A stretch of DNA of 64,000 nucleotides from a virus (lineage: Duplodnaviria > Heunggongvirae > Uroviricota > Caudoviricetes): positions 1 through 64,000 of IMG/VR virus record IMGVR_UViG_3300009709_000002; one strand, 5' to 3'. A program made the translations under genes and the position numbers. How positions within the stretch are numbered: the first letter of the stretch is position 1; every line of letters begins with the position of its first letter. This document shows, in pieces, positions 39,280 through 49,397 of the stretch. The notes below the pieces were generated by a model. That model saw only the letters and a list, made by a program, of their open reading frames with translations, did not search any database and was not told the origin of the DNA.

Positions 39280-39648
39280 TTACTCGCCTTTCTGGAAGTA
39301 GGTAAGCCCGCGGATTTCATCTCCATCCTTCTCAAATTTGCCGAAGTACCACATCTCCGGCCGAGTGAGAAAAACATGCTGCACCATCAGGCCAAAACAC
39401 AGCGCCGATTGGTATTGATCGAACTCGCAAGCGATCTCATAGATAGCCTGGAAGGGAGTGCCTGTCCAGTCATTCCCCGGCATCCAGCTTGACGTGTGGA
39501 TGCGATTCGGCTTCTCATCGATCATGCGGTTGATCTCCGCTTCGATCTTTTCGACGTGATCAGGGCCGAGACGTGTGCACCAACGGACGAAGTCTTTCTC
39601 GAAACGAAGCGAGTGAACTTCTTTCATGCTAGGGAATGCTGTCAACAT
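39280..39648 (-). CDS. hypothetical protein
   Basis: TSSWMPG.DWTGTPFQ motif; SD AGGAG before MLTAF. Confidence 0.7.
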   Translation of the reverse strand: MLTAFPSMKEVHSLRFEKDFVRWCTRLGPDHVEKIEAEINRMIDEKPNRIHTSSWMPGNDWTGTPFQAIYEIACEFDQYQSALCFGLMVQHVFLTRPEMWYFGKFEKDGDEIRGLTYFQKGE

Positions 39649-39790
39649 GCTACTTCTCCTTAACGACGATGCAACACCCAAACAAGGATGAGGAAGATGA
39701 AGGCCAGTATAGCAACTTCACCGACAAACCGGCCGACGGTGAAACCTACTGCTACGAAAAATGATTCGATGAGAAGCATGGTATGCTCGC

Positions 39791-41167
39791 TTAGAACTTG
39801 AGTTCTTTCAGGTCCTTGACGTAGAGGTCTTGGGCCGTGGTGTCTTGGTAGTACTTGAGGGTCTTCCCAGTTTCTTCAATGTTGCCTTGAAGCTTTTCGA
39901 TCTGGTCCTTTGTCAGGTTGTAGATGCGAATGTTGAGAAGCTCCTCGATGCGCTTGAATCCTTCCGAGGCGAGCAGCGCTTCCAGCTCAGCCTTCGTCTT
40001 CTTAGCCACCTTCGACGAGTTCTCGATGTAGTAGCGAATGAAGCGGATTTTTTCGTTGAGAACCTCGAGGTCATTCTCCAGGTCCTTCATCATGGCCAAA
40101 CGGCGATCTTCATACTTCGACAGACGGAAACCGATGAAATGATCGCAGAGCTCTTCAGCTGTCCCGAACTTCTTGATCTTGTTGTTCTCTGTCCAAACCG
40201 TGAAGTTTTCCGACTCACGAGCGATCAGCTTGAACTTCCGCATGATGTCGTTGTCTTCGAGCAGACCAAGATCGCGAGGCACGTCGATCGTCCAGTCCCA
40301 GCCGGTGTCGTCGGAATTGTTCGCGTAGTCCTTGATGACGTTGGCGTCCTCGAGCTCGTTCAGGAATTCCTTGTACTCATCTTGGTACAGGCCGATCGGC
40401 AGCTCGGTAATGCGAATCTTCGTGGAGCTGATTCGTTCGAAGACACCCTTGAACGTGACCTGGCCGGTGGCTGCGCGAGATACTTCGCCCTTAAAGCCAT
40501 TGTACCACGGCACCAGCTTGATGTTGTTTTTCTTGCCTTGCAGCTTGTTGAGGATGTAGGTCTTCAGATCATCCGGCTTGTAACACAGGATTTTCGTTGC
40601 GAAGCCTGTTCCCATCCCAGACGAGCCATTGATGAGGACGTTCGGCAGGATCGGCAGGTAGTACTTCGGCTCGATCTCATCACCATCCGAGATAAGATGC
40701 TCGAGGATGATGTCGTCTTCCTTCGGGAAAATCTTGCGGAAGAGAGGAGACAGTGCCGTGAAAATGTAACGATCGGCGCCAGCGGCCGGAGAGAGGCGCG
40801 ATCCGAACTGACCGATCGGCTTCAGATAGTTGATGTTGTTCGACCCGGTGTAGTTTTGTGCGAGGCCTACGATGGTCCCGGACAGTGAACCTTCACCGTG
40901 GTGATAGTCCGAAACTTCTGCAATGTGGTTTGCGAGCTGGCCGACCTTGATGCCGTTATCCGGATCGATCCCACCCTTCTTCAACGTACCGAAAATGACT
41001 TTCCGTTGCGAGGGTTTGAAACCGTCAACGATCGACGGGATGGCACGGTCACAGGCGTAGATCGAATAATCGCGGACGGGACCGGCGAAGAGGTCACGAA
41101 CACGGATACTGGTCTTTGCCTGGATCTTTTCGGGAGTGTTGTTTGCCATTCGTTTAGATGTTGCCAT
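39791..41167 (-). CDS. gp52: DNA topoisomerase II medium subunit (gp52/GyrA-like)
   Basis: RAIPSIVDGFKPSQRK, YHHGEGS, GQFGSR, catalytic RY. Confidence 0.96.
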   Translation of the reverse strand: MATSKRMANNTPEKIQAKTSIRVRDLFAGPVRDYSIYACDRAIPSIVDGFKPSQRKVIFGTLKKGGIDPDNGIKVGQLANHIAEVSDYHHGEGSLSGTIVGLAQNYTGSNNINYLKPIGQFGSRLSPAAGADRYIFTALSPLFRKIFPKEDDIILEHLISDGDEIEPKYYLPILPNVLINGSSGMGTGFATKILCYKPDDLKTYILNKLQGKKNNIKLVPWYNGFKGEVSRAATGQVTFKGVFERISSTKIRITELPIGLYQDEYKEFLNELEDANVIKDYANNSDDTGWDWTIDVPRDLGLLEDNDIMRKFKLIARESENFTVWTENNKIKKFGTAEELCDHFIGFRLSKYEDRRLAMMKDLENDLEVLNEKIRFIRYYIENSSKVAKKTKAELEALLASEGFKRIEELLNIRIYNLTKDQIEKLQGNIEETGKTLKYYQDTTAQDLYVKDLKELKF

Positions 41168-41191
41168 ATGGTTGTCAGTAAGAATATTATA

Positions 41192-41497
41192 TCACATCTC
41201 AAGCAATTTGTTAACGGCTTTTTGCTGCGAATTGATTGTGTCGAGCTCAATTCTGAGTGCTTTTGACAAAGAAATGAGCTGTCTATTTGAAGAGATTCGG
41301 AGGGCTCCCAGCTTGAGAGCTCGTTCACGACGCTTTGCGTTCATGTCATAGTGCGGCAGCCGCTTATCTTGGAACCACTCTCGTTTCATACCGAGAAGGT
41401 CAGCGAATGCATGGAGCTCATCGATAGAGTCCGCGACCATGTGGCACCAATATTGTCCGCGCCAAGCCCACTTTGCTTCGTCAACATAAACTGCCAT
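41192..41497 (-). CDS. DUF4031 family protein
   Basis: MAVYVD..WRG..WCHMVADS.DELHAFA..G.KR.WFQ...HYD. Confidence 0.85.
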   Translation of the reverse strand: MAVYVDEAKWAWRGQYWCHMVADSIDELHAFADLLGMKREWFQDKRLPHYDMNAKRRERALKLGALRISSNRQLISLSKALRIELDTINSQQKAVNKLLEM

Positions 41498-42186
41498 GAT
41501 TTTCTCCTTTTGTAGATTGTAAACCATCTGGATGATCAGGTAAACATTTTGCCAGTTTTAAGCAAAGCAGACCCATATCTCTCCATACCTGAATCTAGTT
41601 AAAAGATAGATTAAAATATCAAGGGAGAGATTCATGCCGTAGATGCTCCTGCTCTTTCTACATGCATGCAGACTTCGAAGTTCATCGCAAGCCTAGAGGT
41701 ACGACGTTTAGCAGAGACATCCCTGTCATAAGCTTGCGCCGCGATTTATCGTCCCACTGTCACTTCTGACTGTGTAGTAGATTGAATATGGATTAGATTC
41801 GAGAACGTTTATCTGGCCTGCCTCTACAGGACCAATCCCTGGGTCGAAGGGGACGGCGAGTTTTGAATTGCCACCGGACAATCGTTGCTTTTCTTTCTGG
41901 CCTGCACAACGAGACAGCACTGCTTGAGGTGAGAAGTACCTTCTTCTACTGAGAAATGGATTGTATTTCAGGCCAGTGAAAAATGGAATTTAAACCGTTC
42001 GGTCGGATGGGTCGTGTTGGAAGAGAAAAGGAGCCAAGAAAAGACTCCGTGAGGAGGTATAAGCGGTGAGTTGTGAGAGTGCACATGGCTAGTCCTGCTC
42101 AAACTCAGCCAGAAATGGTGACCTTTTGAGCCGCTTCCGGCGGTGAAAAAGAAAGCCGGGCTATGCCGGCTTTAGACAGATGGAGC

Positions 42187-42363
42187 TTAAACCTCAATGA
42201 TGCCGACGATCTTGTACTTATTGACGCCGTAGATTTTGTCGAGCTCAGGCTTCGCTATCTCCGAAACCTTCACCACGTTAACCGCTTTCCAGCGGTGCAC
42301 TTTTGTGCCAGCTTGATTTTCTGCAATGATGCGAAGTTCATACTCACGTTCTTGCTCTGCCAT
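42187..42363 (-). CDS. small hypothetical protein (58 aa)
   Basis: Manual translation MAEQEREYELRIIAEN...; SD GGAG. Confidence 0.65.
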   Translation of the reverse strand: MAEQEREYELRIIAENQAGTKVHRWKAVNVVKVSEIAKPELDKIYGVNKYKIVGIIEV

Positions 42364-42386
42364 GATGCGTCTCCAGTAAATGCAAA

Positions 42387-42410
42387 GGTGGGAGGCTTCG
42401 GCCTCCCACC
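42387..42410 (-). terminator. intrinsic terminator
   Basis: GGTGGGAGGCTTCGGCCTCCCACC followed by T-tract on the minus strand. Confidence 0.75.
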
Positions 42411-42413
42411 GTC

Positions 42414-44369
42414 TTATACTTCGAGGTCGAGCCAGACTTTCCGCTTATTAGCGGCGCCGTCTCCTTTGCCGAACACCAGGTCAATATCATCACGGTCATC
42501 CTGGTCGATGATATCGATGCGGATGATGTGATCATTGATGTTCGTCAGGTACTCACGGAACTCATCGTTTTGCGAGGTTGCGAGACCTTTGTAATACTTC
42601 ATCTTGTACTTGGTGGTCGGATTCTTGGCGAGCCAACCGTCGAACTCATGCTGCTCATAGAAGGCGATTGGCTTTTTGCTACCGTTTGCCCAGACCTTCA
42701 CCAGCGGAGTAATGAAGCGGTGCATAACACCAAGCTCGAACAGCTCCGGCCAGAACTTATGAATATTGCTGATCAGGAGGCCTGTGATGTGGCCTGCACC
42801 GTCATGGTCGGCATCAGTCATGATACCGATTTTCGCATAGCGAAGCTGTTTGATCGAGGTCACCGGCACGCCGATCTTCAGCCCCATCGCTGCCATGAAG
42901 TTCATGAACTCTTGGCCCTGAGCATTTCGCTCTTCCTCGCCGTTCTTCTTTTCCTTCTTGCCGAAGATCTTCACCAGGTCGACCGAGTTGACGTTCAGCG
43001 GTTTACCGCGAAGTGCCAGGAAGCCCATGGTATTTCGATCACAGACAGATTGTCCGGCCTTAGCAGCCGAATCACCTTCGGTCAGGAACAGAATGCACTC
43101 TTCAGGCTTTTTGCCGGCCCAGTTTGCATCTTGCAGCTTGGTAATCTTCTTGACAGACGTGGACTTCAGGTCCTTGTTGGCCTCACGAAGCTTGGCCATC
43201 TCTTCGGCCTTCTTCTTGGCTTCGACCCAGTCGAGAACTCGTTGGATGATCTCGGACTTCAGAACTCGTTGGATGAACTTGTCGCTAGCCGTGTACACCG
43301 AGCGCCATTGCTTCTTATCCGTCATCAAGCGTTCCTTCGTTTGCGAGTCATAACGAGGACGGTCCATCGTTACGTTCACGAAGATGCGCATGTGGTTAAA
43401 GATGTCGGTCGGACGAACATCAACCTTGTGTTTGGTCTTGAAGTGGTCGCGAATTTTATTGGCGATCTCATAGACGACGTCGGCGGTGTGAGTACCACCT
43501 TGCATCGTCTCTGTCGAATTCACGAACGAGATTTGCTGATAGCCTTCATCGCTGTGCGTAACACCGACTTGCCAGTCCGGGCACTCGTCATACTCATACA
43601 CCGGATCATACATCGCGATGTAGTCTTTGAACGAGTTGATCTTGATGCGTTCGCCGTTCAGGAAAACCTTGAGGTGCGGATTACAACCGGCGACGTCATA
43701 CACGCGCTTGACGAGCTTGTCATAGTTGCCATCATCCAGCGTCATCTTAAGGTGCGCGTAGTCCGGCAGCCAGGTGATCTTGGTGAATCCCTTAGTGCCG
43801 CTGGCCGGCAAGATGGTCGGTTCGGAAGCCGTCATCATGTTGTTGGTCCACGTTTGCTTGAACTTGTTCTTGCCGTCGCAAGTTTCGACGGTGAACCTCG
43901 TGGAGAAAATGTTGGTGAGCGACGAACCTTCACCATTTTGACCGGCTCCAGTGTTATCATCCTCGTCTTCATCATCGAAGTTCGAGCCGGAGCGAAGGTA
44001 GCCGAAGATCATCGTCGGCACATATTCGTTTTCCTGCGTGTGCAACACTACCGGGATACCACCGTTATCTTCAACGGAAAGTTCTCCTGATTCCTGGTTG
44101 ATCACCACCTTGATGGTATCCAGGTGCTTACCTTCAGGCCGCTTGGAAAAGTCGACGGAGTTGGTGATAATCTCGTCGAACATCTTCTGGAAACCAGGAA
44201 CCCACGTGAGTTCTACTTGTTCAAACTTACCTTCAACCGGAACGAACGTTTTGCCGGTGAACGGTACGATCGAACCGATGTAGCGACCAGGACGAATCAA
44301 GCAGTGCTCGACGTCGGTCAGCTTTCGATACTTTTGTTCGATCGATTTGTCTTGTTTGGGATTTGTCAT
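42414..44369 (-). CDS. gp39: DNA topoisomerase II large subunit (fused gp39+gp60, GyrB-like)
   Basis: EIITNSVD, GQNGEG, TEGDSA, LRGK, MTDADHDG, YYKGL. Confidence 0.96.
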   Translation of the reverse strand: MTNPKQDKSIEQKYRKLTDVEHCLIRPGRYIGSIVPFTGKTFVPVEGKFEQVELTWVPGFQKMFDEIITNSVDFSKRPEGKHLDTIKVVINQESGELSVEDNGGIPVVLHTQENEYVPTMIFGYLRSGSNFDDEDEDDNTGAGQNGEGSSLTNIFSTRFTVETCDGKNKFKQTWTNNMMTASEPTILPASGTKGFTKITWLPDYAHLKMTLDDGNYDKLVKRVYDVAGCNPHLKVFLNGERIKINSFKDYIAMYDPVYEYDECPDWQVGVTHSDEGYQQISFVNSTETMQGGTHTADVVYEIANKIRDHFKTKHKVDVRPTDIFNHMRIFVNVTMDRPRYDSQTKERLMTDKKQWRSVYTASDKFIQRVLKSEIIQRVLDWVEAKKKAEEMAKLREANKDLKSTSVKKITKLQDANWAGKKPEECILFLTEGDSAAKAGQSVCDRNTMGFLALRGKPLNVNSVDLVKIFGKKEKKNGEEERNAQGQEFMNFMAAMGLKIGVPVTSIKQLRYAKIGIMTDADHDGAGHITGLLISNIHKFWPELFELGVMHRFITPLVKVWANGSKKPIAFYEQHEFDGWLAKNPTTKYKMKYYKGLATSQNDEFREYLTNINDHIIRIDIIDQDDRDDIDLVFGKGDGAANKRKVWLDLEV

Positions 44370-44465
44370 AATTTCTCGGTTGGCTTTATCAACTTACATG
44401 ATAATTTTAACATCATCCGGGAAAAATGTAAACATCAATTTACGGCCATTTTTGAGCATTTTTCG

Positions 44466-45230
44466 TCAAAATGGAATGTCCGTGAATGTTTCTACATGGT
44501 TTGCGATGGCTAGATCGGCTTTTTCCAGACCTTGATACGTCTCGGCCAGACTTGCAGCTCTTTGAAGTTCTTCCGGAGTAGCAATGACTTCATCCGGAGC
44601 ATCCAGCCTGCCCTCATGCTTGAACTCATTGAAGAAATTATTGTTGAGCTCTGTGTTCAGCAGGATGTAATCTGAGCCTGGTGTTGCTCTGCCAGACGCA
44701 TAGAAAAGTCCCTTGAACTTAGAGATCTCCAGCTTATCCATCAGCGTGCTTGGATTGAGCAGATACCACGGCATAAAGAAATTAGCCTTGGCACTCCACT
44801 TTGAGATGATGATCGCATCAAGGTCATCGAGGTGCTCGAGCATGTGCTGGATCTTTTCCAGCTTGCTCCATGAGACTGTCGTGTTGAGCATCTGAAGACA
44901 CTTAAACTCTAGCTTGAATCTTCCGTCAAGCACAGCATCATAGTGGTAGAGACCATTATTTGCTGGGTCATGCATCTCACAGATTCGTACTTCCGCATTG
45001 ATGAGCTTTTGAAGAGCATACTCACTCACCTCACCATAGCGCTGTCGTTCCATACACACAGCAAAGCTATCACCTCGACCACCAGGGCGGCTGTGATTGA
45101 TAGCTGCTAGAATCTTGGTGCGACGATTGATCTCATCCCACTCAGCTTGTGAAAACGTGCTGGTGTCGAGTGTTTTGTTCTTTAGGAGGTCATGAAGAAG
45201 ACTTACCTCTGGACGTTCAGAGAATTTCAT
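44466..45230 (-). CDS. hypothetical protein (possible PD-(D/E)xK fold)
   Basis: G..SE...YD...LEFK pattern. Confidence 0.65.
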   Translation of the reverse strand: MKFSERPEVSLLHDLLKNKTLDTSTFSQAEWDEINRRTKILAAINHSRPGGRGDSFAVCMERQRYGEVSEYALQKLINAEVRICEMHDPANNGLYHYDAVLDGRFKLEFKCLQMLNTTVSWSKLEKIQHMLEHLDDLDAIIISKWSAKANFFMPWYLLNPSTLMDKLEISKFKGLFYASGRATPGSDYILLNTELNNNFFNEFKHEGRLDAPDEVIATPEELQRAASLAETYQGLEKADLAIANHVETFTDIPF

Positions 45231-45275
45231 ATGAAGAAAAGAAAGACCGACGAATGCCGGCCGTGAGGGTGCTGC

Positions 45276-45785
45276 TTACGTTGCGAACTTGCAAGACTTG
45301 ACGGCGTGAATCAGGTCAAAGTAATGATCGCCGACATTGTGGATCGTTTCCTTCAGCTTGGAGTAGCCGCCTTCAGTAGGAATTGCTTCACGGAGAATAT
45401 AGCGAATCATACCACGCTCATCATCCGACCTACGGCAGTCATAAATCCATGGTGGAAGAATGATGCCGATCGCTGTCAGTGCACCGTCGAGCGCTTCTTG
45501 CTCTTCATGAAACTCTGCAAACGGGAATTCATCGCTATGCTTAGCGAACACTTCGAGCATCGAACGCAGGTTTGAGGCGTAGCCACCATCAAGCAAGATC
45601 CATGTTTTGTGGTTGTCAATAAAATCCCAGACGGTATCGCACAGGTGCTTGTTGATCAAATGCTGGTCGCCTAACGCTAGTTTCGGACGACCATACTTGC
45701 GCATGATTTCACCAAGGGCGTGGCCACATTGAATGCCGGTGTGGATACCGCCCATGTACATGTTTTTGATGCCGTAGAATCGCAT
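45276..45785 (-). CDS. second PTH2-fold-like phage protein
   Basis: NMYM..I..GIQ.GHA, HKT.ILLDGG, FHE...L.GALTA. Confidence 0.65.
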   Translation of the reverse strand: MRFYGIKNMYMGGIHTGIQCGHALGEIMRKYGRPKLALGDQHLINKHLCDTVWDFIDNHKTWILLDGGYASNLRSMLEVFAKHSDEFPFAEFHEEQEALDGALTAIGIILPPWIYDCRRSDDERGMIRYILREAIPTEGGYSKLKETIHNVGDHYFDLIHAVKSCKFAT

Positions 45786-45856
45786 TGGAATCCTTTAAGA
45801 TCATGGTATAAGTAACAAGATTAAATCATCTTATCACATAATCAAGTCAATGTAAA

Positions 45857-46633
45857 CTAAGGCTTGAACAAAACTCGTGTTAATCCAGAGGAGATTCGTT
45901 CTATCTCTAGCTTTGTGCGATCCAAGACAGTAAATGCTATCGGTAGATTGGTAGCTTGGTCGAAAAAGAGGTAAGGTTTACTTCCTATTGAGGTTTTGAA
46001 AAGCTCATTGAAGTAAGTATCTTCCGCTTTAGCTACTTGCTCTGGCGCGAGCTGCCTAATGTGGTCAAGAAGATTCTTAGAGACGTGCATCGGATTGTCT
46101 GGCATCTTTAAGAGCTTCTGCTTAGAAAGCTTAATGAGCAGCTTAGTAATCACTTGAACGAAGTTGAAAGATGGCAAAATCTCATCAGTTCCTAGCATGA
46201 AAGATGAATAGCTGTCACCAACTCTTCGAGCTGATTTGACCTCCGCAAAAGGTTCTCCATCTACTAGAATGTCAGTTGAACTGCTTGCTCCACCAAGCTC
46301 TATGTAATCATAGATGAAGTAGACGAGTACCTCGCCTCTTCCAATGCGCTCTCCGAAGAACTTAGATGATCCATGTTCTTCAAAGACTTTGCTGGCGAAC
46401 GCAGGATTATTCGCGATGAAGTTAGTTACTGTAGGGAGAACATTGTCCAAGGAGATGAAGGGACAAGTCCACATTAGCGGTGAAAGGTCGTTCGGCGAGT
46501 ACTTATCTAGGAGGTATTGGCGTGCCTCGCCCTTAGTATATTTCTTCGGCAAGTTAATGATCGCATAAAGATGACGAGCTTTTGGCTCGGTCTCCGATGC
46601 CCTGGGTAGACTTAAGAGTGCCGTTTCCGACAC
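45857..46633 (-). CDS. hypothetical late protein, PD-(D/E)xK-like
   Basis: IGRGE ... DI ... EVK; late box at 46637. Confidence 0.65.
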   Translation of the reverse strand: MSETALLSLPRASETEPKARHLYAIINLPKKYTKGEARQYLLDKYSPNDLSPLMWTCPFISLDNVLPTVTNFIANNPAFASKVFEEHGSSKFFGERIGRGEVLVYFIYDYIELGGASSSTDILVDGEPFAEVKSARRVGDSYSSFMLGTDEILPSFNFVQVITKLLIKLSKQKLLKMPDNPMHVSKNLLDHIRQLAPEQVAKAEDTYFNELFKTSIGSKPYLFFDQATNLPIAFTVLDRTKLEIERISSGLTRVLFKP

Positions 46634-46647
46634 TCTTATTTATGCAA

Positions 46648-47169
46648 TCATTGCACCAGCTCGATGATGTACTTGAAGCCTTCCGCTTTCGACGGTGGCA
46701 TGTAAGAATCCGTCATGCTCTTGATCACATGCTGTGGAATGAACTTTCCAGTAGCAGCTGCTCGGGAAGCAAGACGCTCTTGCAACACCTTGTCAGGTAC
46801 GTCAAACTTGATGGCCACGTTGGTATGGCCAATTGAAGATTTTGACACCAAGCTCTTACGAGACTTCGATGACATGTTCGTGCGATCGATGAAGATGTTC
46901 TTCTGTTCAGCAACCGCTTGATCAATTTCTTCTTGGAAGCGCTTGTTGAATTCCTTCATCGGACACTTATCCCAAGCTTGCGAGTAGGTCATGCCGTTTG
47001 CGGCAGCCCACTCATCAATCATGTTATCTGTGCTGATGACAGTAATGTCGATAGATTCTTTAGCGAGCTTCGTGAAGGTCGACTTACCAGATGCTGGAAG
47101 ACCAACTAAAAGAGCAAAGAATGGACGTAACGTCTGGAGACGTTGAATGACTTGTTGTGCTTGTGGCAT
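46648..47169 (-). CDS. P-loop kinase (AAA_33, polynucleotide-kinase-like)
   Basis: GLPASGKST, STD, DRTN..SR, R...R. Confidence 0.85.
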   Translation of the reverse strand: MPQAQQVIQRLQTLRPFFALLVGLPASGKSTFTKLAKESIDITVISTDNMIDEWAAANGMTYSQAWDKCPMKEFNKRFQEEIDQAVAEQKNIFIDRTNMSSKSRKSLVSKSSIGHTNVAIKFDVPDKVLQERLASRAAATGKFIPQHVIKSMTDSYMPPSKAEGFKYIIELVQ

Positions 47170-47267
47170 GAGAATGCTCCAATGAGAACCATTGGAGCAT
47201 AATATACCACATCACAAAAGAGTGATATTTTAGCTTTTCAACTAAAATCTAAGAGAAACAACACTTG

Positions 47268-47624
47268 CTAGAGCAGCTTGGAAATCCGCTCTAGCCCGCG
47301 ATGATTTACTGCAGATTGCACATACTTCCTGCGGAAGGGATTATTGCGTTGAGGGCGAATAATCTTAACCGACGTAGTGCCATCTGGCAACGTGATGTTA
47401 TGCTGATACTCATCACGCCGTTTTAGCGCTATCGCCGCGTTGCGATAGATGCGCTTCAGCTCTGCTAATTTTGGAAGGAGCGTTTCTCTGCCGTCACGAT
47501 TGATCAGAAATTCGATTCGATCGGCGTCAGCGATAAAGGAAGCTGGGTCCTTGGTGACTTCAGCTAACAGATGAGTTAGCTTTCGTCCAACTATATGCGG
47601 ATTCACTCTGCCTGGCATCGACAT
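47268..47624 (-). CDS. hypothetical protein
   Basis: ORF in operon. Confidence 0.65.
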   Translation of the reverse strand: MSMPGRVNPHIVGRKLTHLLAEVTKDPASFIADADRIEFLINRDGRETLLPKLAELKRIYRNAAIALKRRDEYQHNITLPDGTTSVKIIRPQRNNPFRRKYVQSAVNHRGLERISKLL

Positions 47625-47626
47625 AA

Positions 47627-47899
47627 TTACTCCTTTACTTGGATGAGGGTGACGTCATGGTCATAGTACAGCGTGCAACGACGTTCCTTGTTCTTGGGAG
47701 AGATAACGATACTCTTGATAACTGGCGGTAGTGGATCACCTGACGCAACCCGCACGAAATTGATCTCTACCTTCTTCTCACCATCAAACCAACGCTTAAT
47801 CTCACTGTTCGAAGCTGGTCCAAGTGTTCTACCATCTGTGCTCATGAACCTGCAAACTTGGTGCAGGTCTAAGATATGTTGCAGACAGGTCTTCATCAC
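47627..47899 (-). CDS. hypothetical protein (S4-like SNSEIKRW motif)
   Basis: ORF in operon. Confidence 0.6.
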   Translation of the reverse strand: MMKTCLQHILDLHQVCRFMSTDGRTLGPASNSEIKRWFDGEKKVEINFVRVASGDPLPPVIKSIVISPKNKERRCTLYYDHDVTLIQVKE

Positions 47900-48133
47900 T
47901 TAAACGATAACAATTTCAACTGCGACAGGATCAATTGCGCTGGTGGACAAACGAATTTCTGCAGGAAGATCTCGCTCTTCAAAGAAGCAGCCGTGTGAAG
48001 TTTCTTCACGAACAAGCGTAGTTACAGCTAGGTTACCACGCTCTTCACGGATTTTCTTTGCTTGCTCCAAGAGATTGATCAAACCATCCAGGTCTACTAC
48101 GTTTTCCATAAGACCACCGTCTATTAGAGACAT
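47900..48133 (-). CDS. hypothetical protein
   Basis: ORF downstream of class-II promoter. Confidence 0.6.
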   Translation of the reverse strand: MSLIDGGLMENVVDLDGLINLLEQAKKIREERGNLAVTTLVREETSHGCFFEERDLPAEIRLSTSAIDPVAVEIVIV

Positions 48134-48232
48134 TATAATCTAAACCTAGCAAGCTGTAAACCTGCTAGGTTATCCAAGTGTTTGAATATGAATAGATTAT
48201 ATCACTGCGTCACGGCGTTGGATATTTTAAGT

Positions 48233-48766
48233 CTACAAGCCGTTTCTTTTCTTGTAAGCTCTGATGACTGGAGTATGCACCCACTTCTTGACGATCTTTT
48301 CCCAGCCTTCTTTCCCAACTACGCCATCCACCAGCGATGAAGAGATAATTGACATGTCTGGTCGCGGTGTCACAAAGACTGTTGTAACATTCTTCTGAAT
48401 TTCGCGATTGACGTCGGCCAAGCTCTTCTCATACTCGAAGTCGATCGTATTACGAATGCCACGGAAGAGAATGTGCGCGCCAAGCTGATGTGCTTGATTT
48501 ACAAGCAACAGCGAGTCATCAAGGCTGCGAACTTGGATAGAGCATTCAATCTCATCCTTGTGCCCATATCTGTGCTCAGCGATGCAATCAAGTATGACTC
48601 CGATCCTCGTGCCAACGTCAAAACGAGACTTTTTCGATGAGTTTGATGCCACCATGATGTAGAGCAAGTCTACAATCTTAGCTGCCTGCACCACCACGTC
48701 TACGTGTCCACGAGTCATCAGATCAAATGAGCCTGCTAGCAACCCAACAGTTCGCTTTCTCAGCAT
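48233..48766 (-). CDS. coaD: phosphopantetheine adenylyltransferase
   Basis: GSFD.MTRGH, N..KK..F, RGIRN..DFEYE, NR, ISSSLV; start MLRKR (SD GAGG). Confidence 0.9.
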   Translation of the reverse strand: MLRKRTVGLLAGSFDLMTRGHVDVVVQAAKIVDLLYIMVASNSSKKSRFDVGTRIGVILDCIAEHRYGHKDEIECSIQVRSLDDSLLLVNQAHQLGAHILFRGIRNTIDFEYEKSLADVNREIQKNVTTVFVTPRPDMSIISSSLVDGVVGKEGWEKIVKKWVHTPVIRAYKKRNGL

Positions 48767-49353
48767 TTCCTCAGTTCCTTCAGAATCGGGTCCGTCGTCA
48801 CGTAATCGAAGATTGTTTCTTGTAGCCATTCTGGTTTCTCATAGTTGTTGTAAATGACGAGATCAGCTTTGTCGATCTTCTCATCTTCATGCATCTGAGC
48901 GTGAACGACAGAGTCAAACTTACTTCTAGCCATACCATCTCGAGCAGCAACACGCTTGAAACGTACGTCAAGATCTGCTGTAATGAGTATTGTCAAATCA
49001 AATCGACTTTCCCAATTGTTTTCAAACAACAGTGGAAATTCCACGAAGACTGCGGGAATATCGTCTTCATCGATGAGGATCTTCTCAAGCTGACTAACAA
49101 CTGCCACCGAGAATAAATCTTCAAGCTTGTTACGAATCTGCTTGCTTTCAAAAGCCCAATTGCTTAAAATCGCTCTATCACAGTCGCCAAACTCTCTGAC
49201 CAGCTCGTCCTGAAATTTCTGGTCATGGTACAACTTTCTGACGATCTCGTCGACGCTGAAGAACATCACATTGTCATTCAGCTGCTTCTTCAACATTTCT
49301 ACGGCCATCGATTTTCCTGAACCGATACCGCCTGTGATCGCTATCTTCTTCAT
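48760..49353 (-). CDS. coaE: dephospho-CoA kinase
   Basis: KIAITGGIGSGKS, EFPLLFE, R..ARDG, AQM, KADLVIYN. Confidence 0.9.
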   Translation of the reverse strand: MKKIAITGGIGSGKSMAVEMLKKQLNDNVMFFSVDEIVRKLYHDQKFQDELVREFGDCDRAILSNWAFESKQIRNKLEDLFSVAVVSQLEKILIDEDDIPAVFVEFPLLFENNWESRFDLTILITADLDVRFKRVAARDGMARSKFDSVVHAQMHEDEKIDKADLVIYNNYEKPEWLQETIFDYVTTDPILKELRKC

Positions 49354-49397
49354 TGAAACTCCAAAATGCAAAAGGAGGGTTTCCCCTCCCCAAAACT

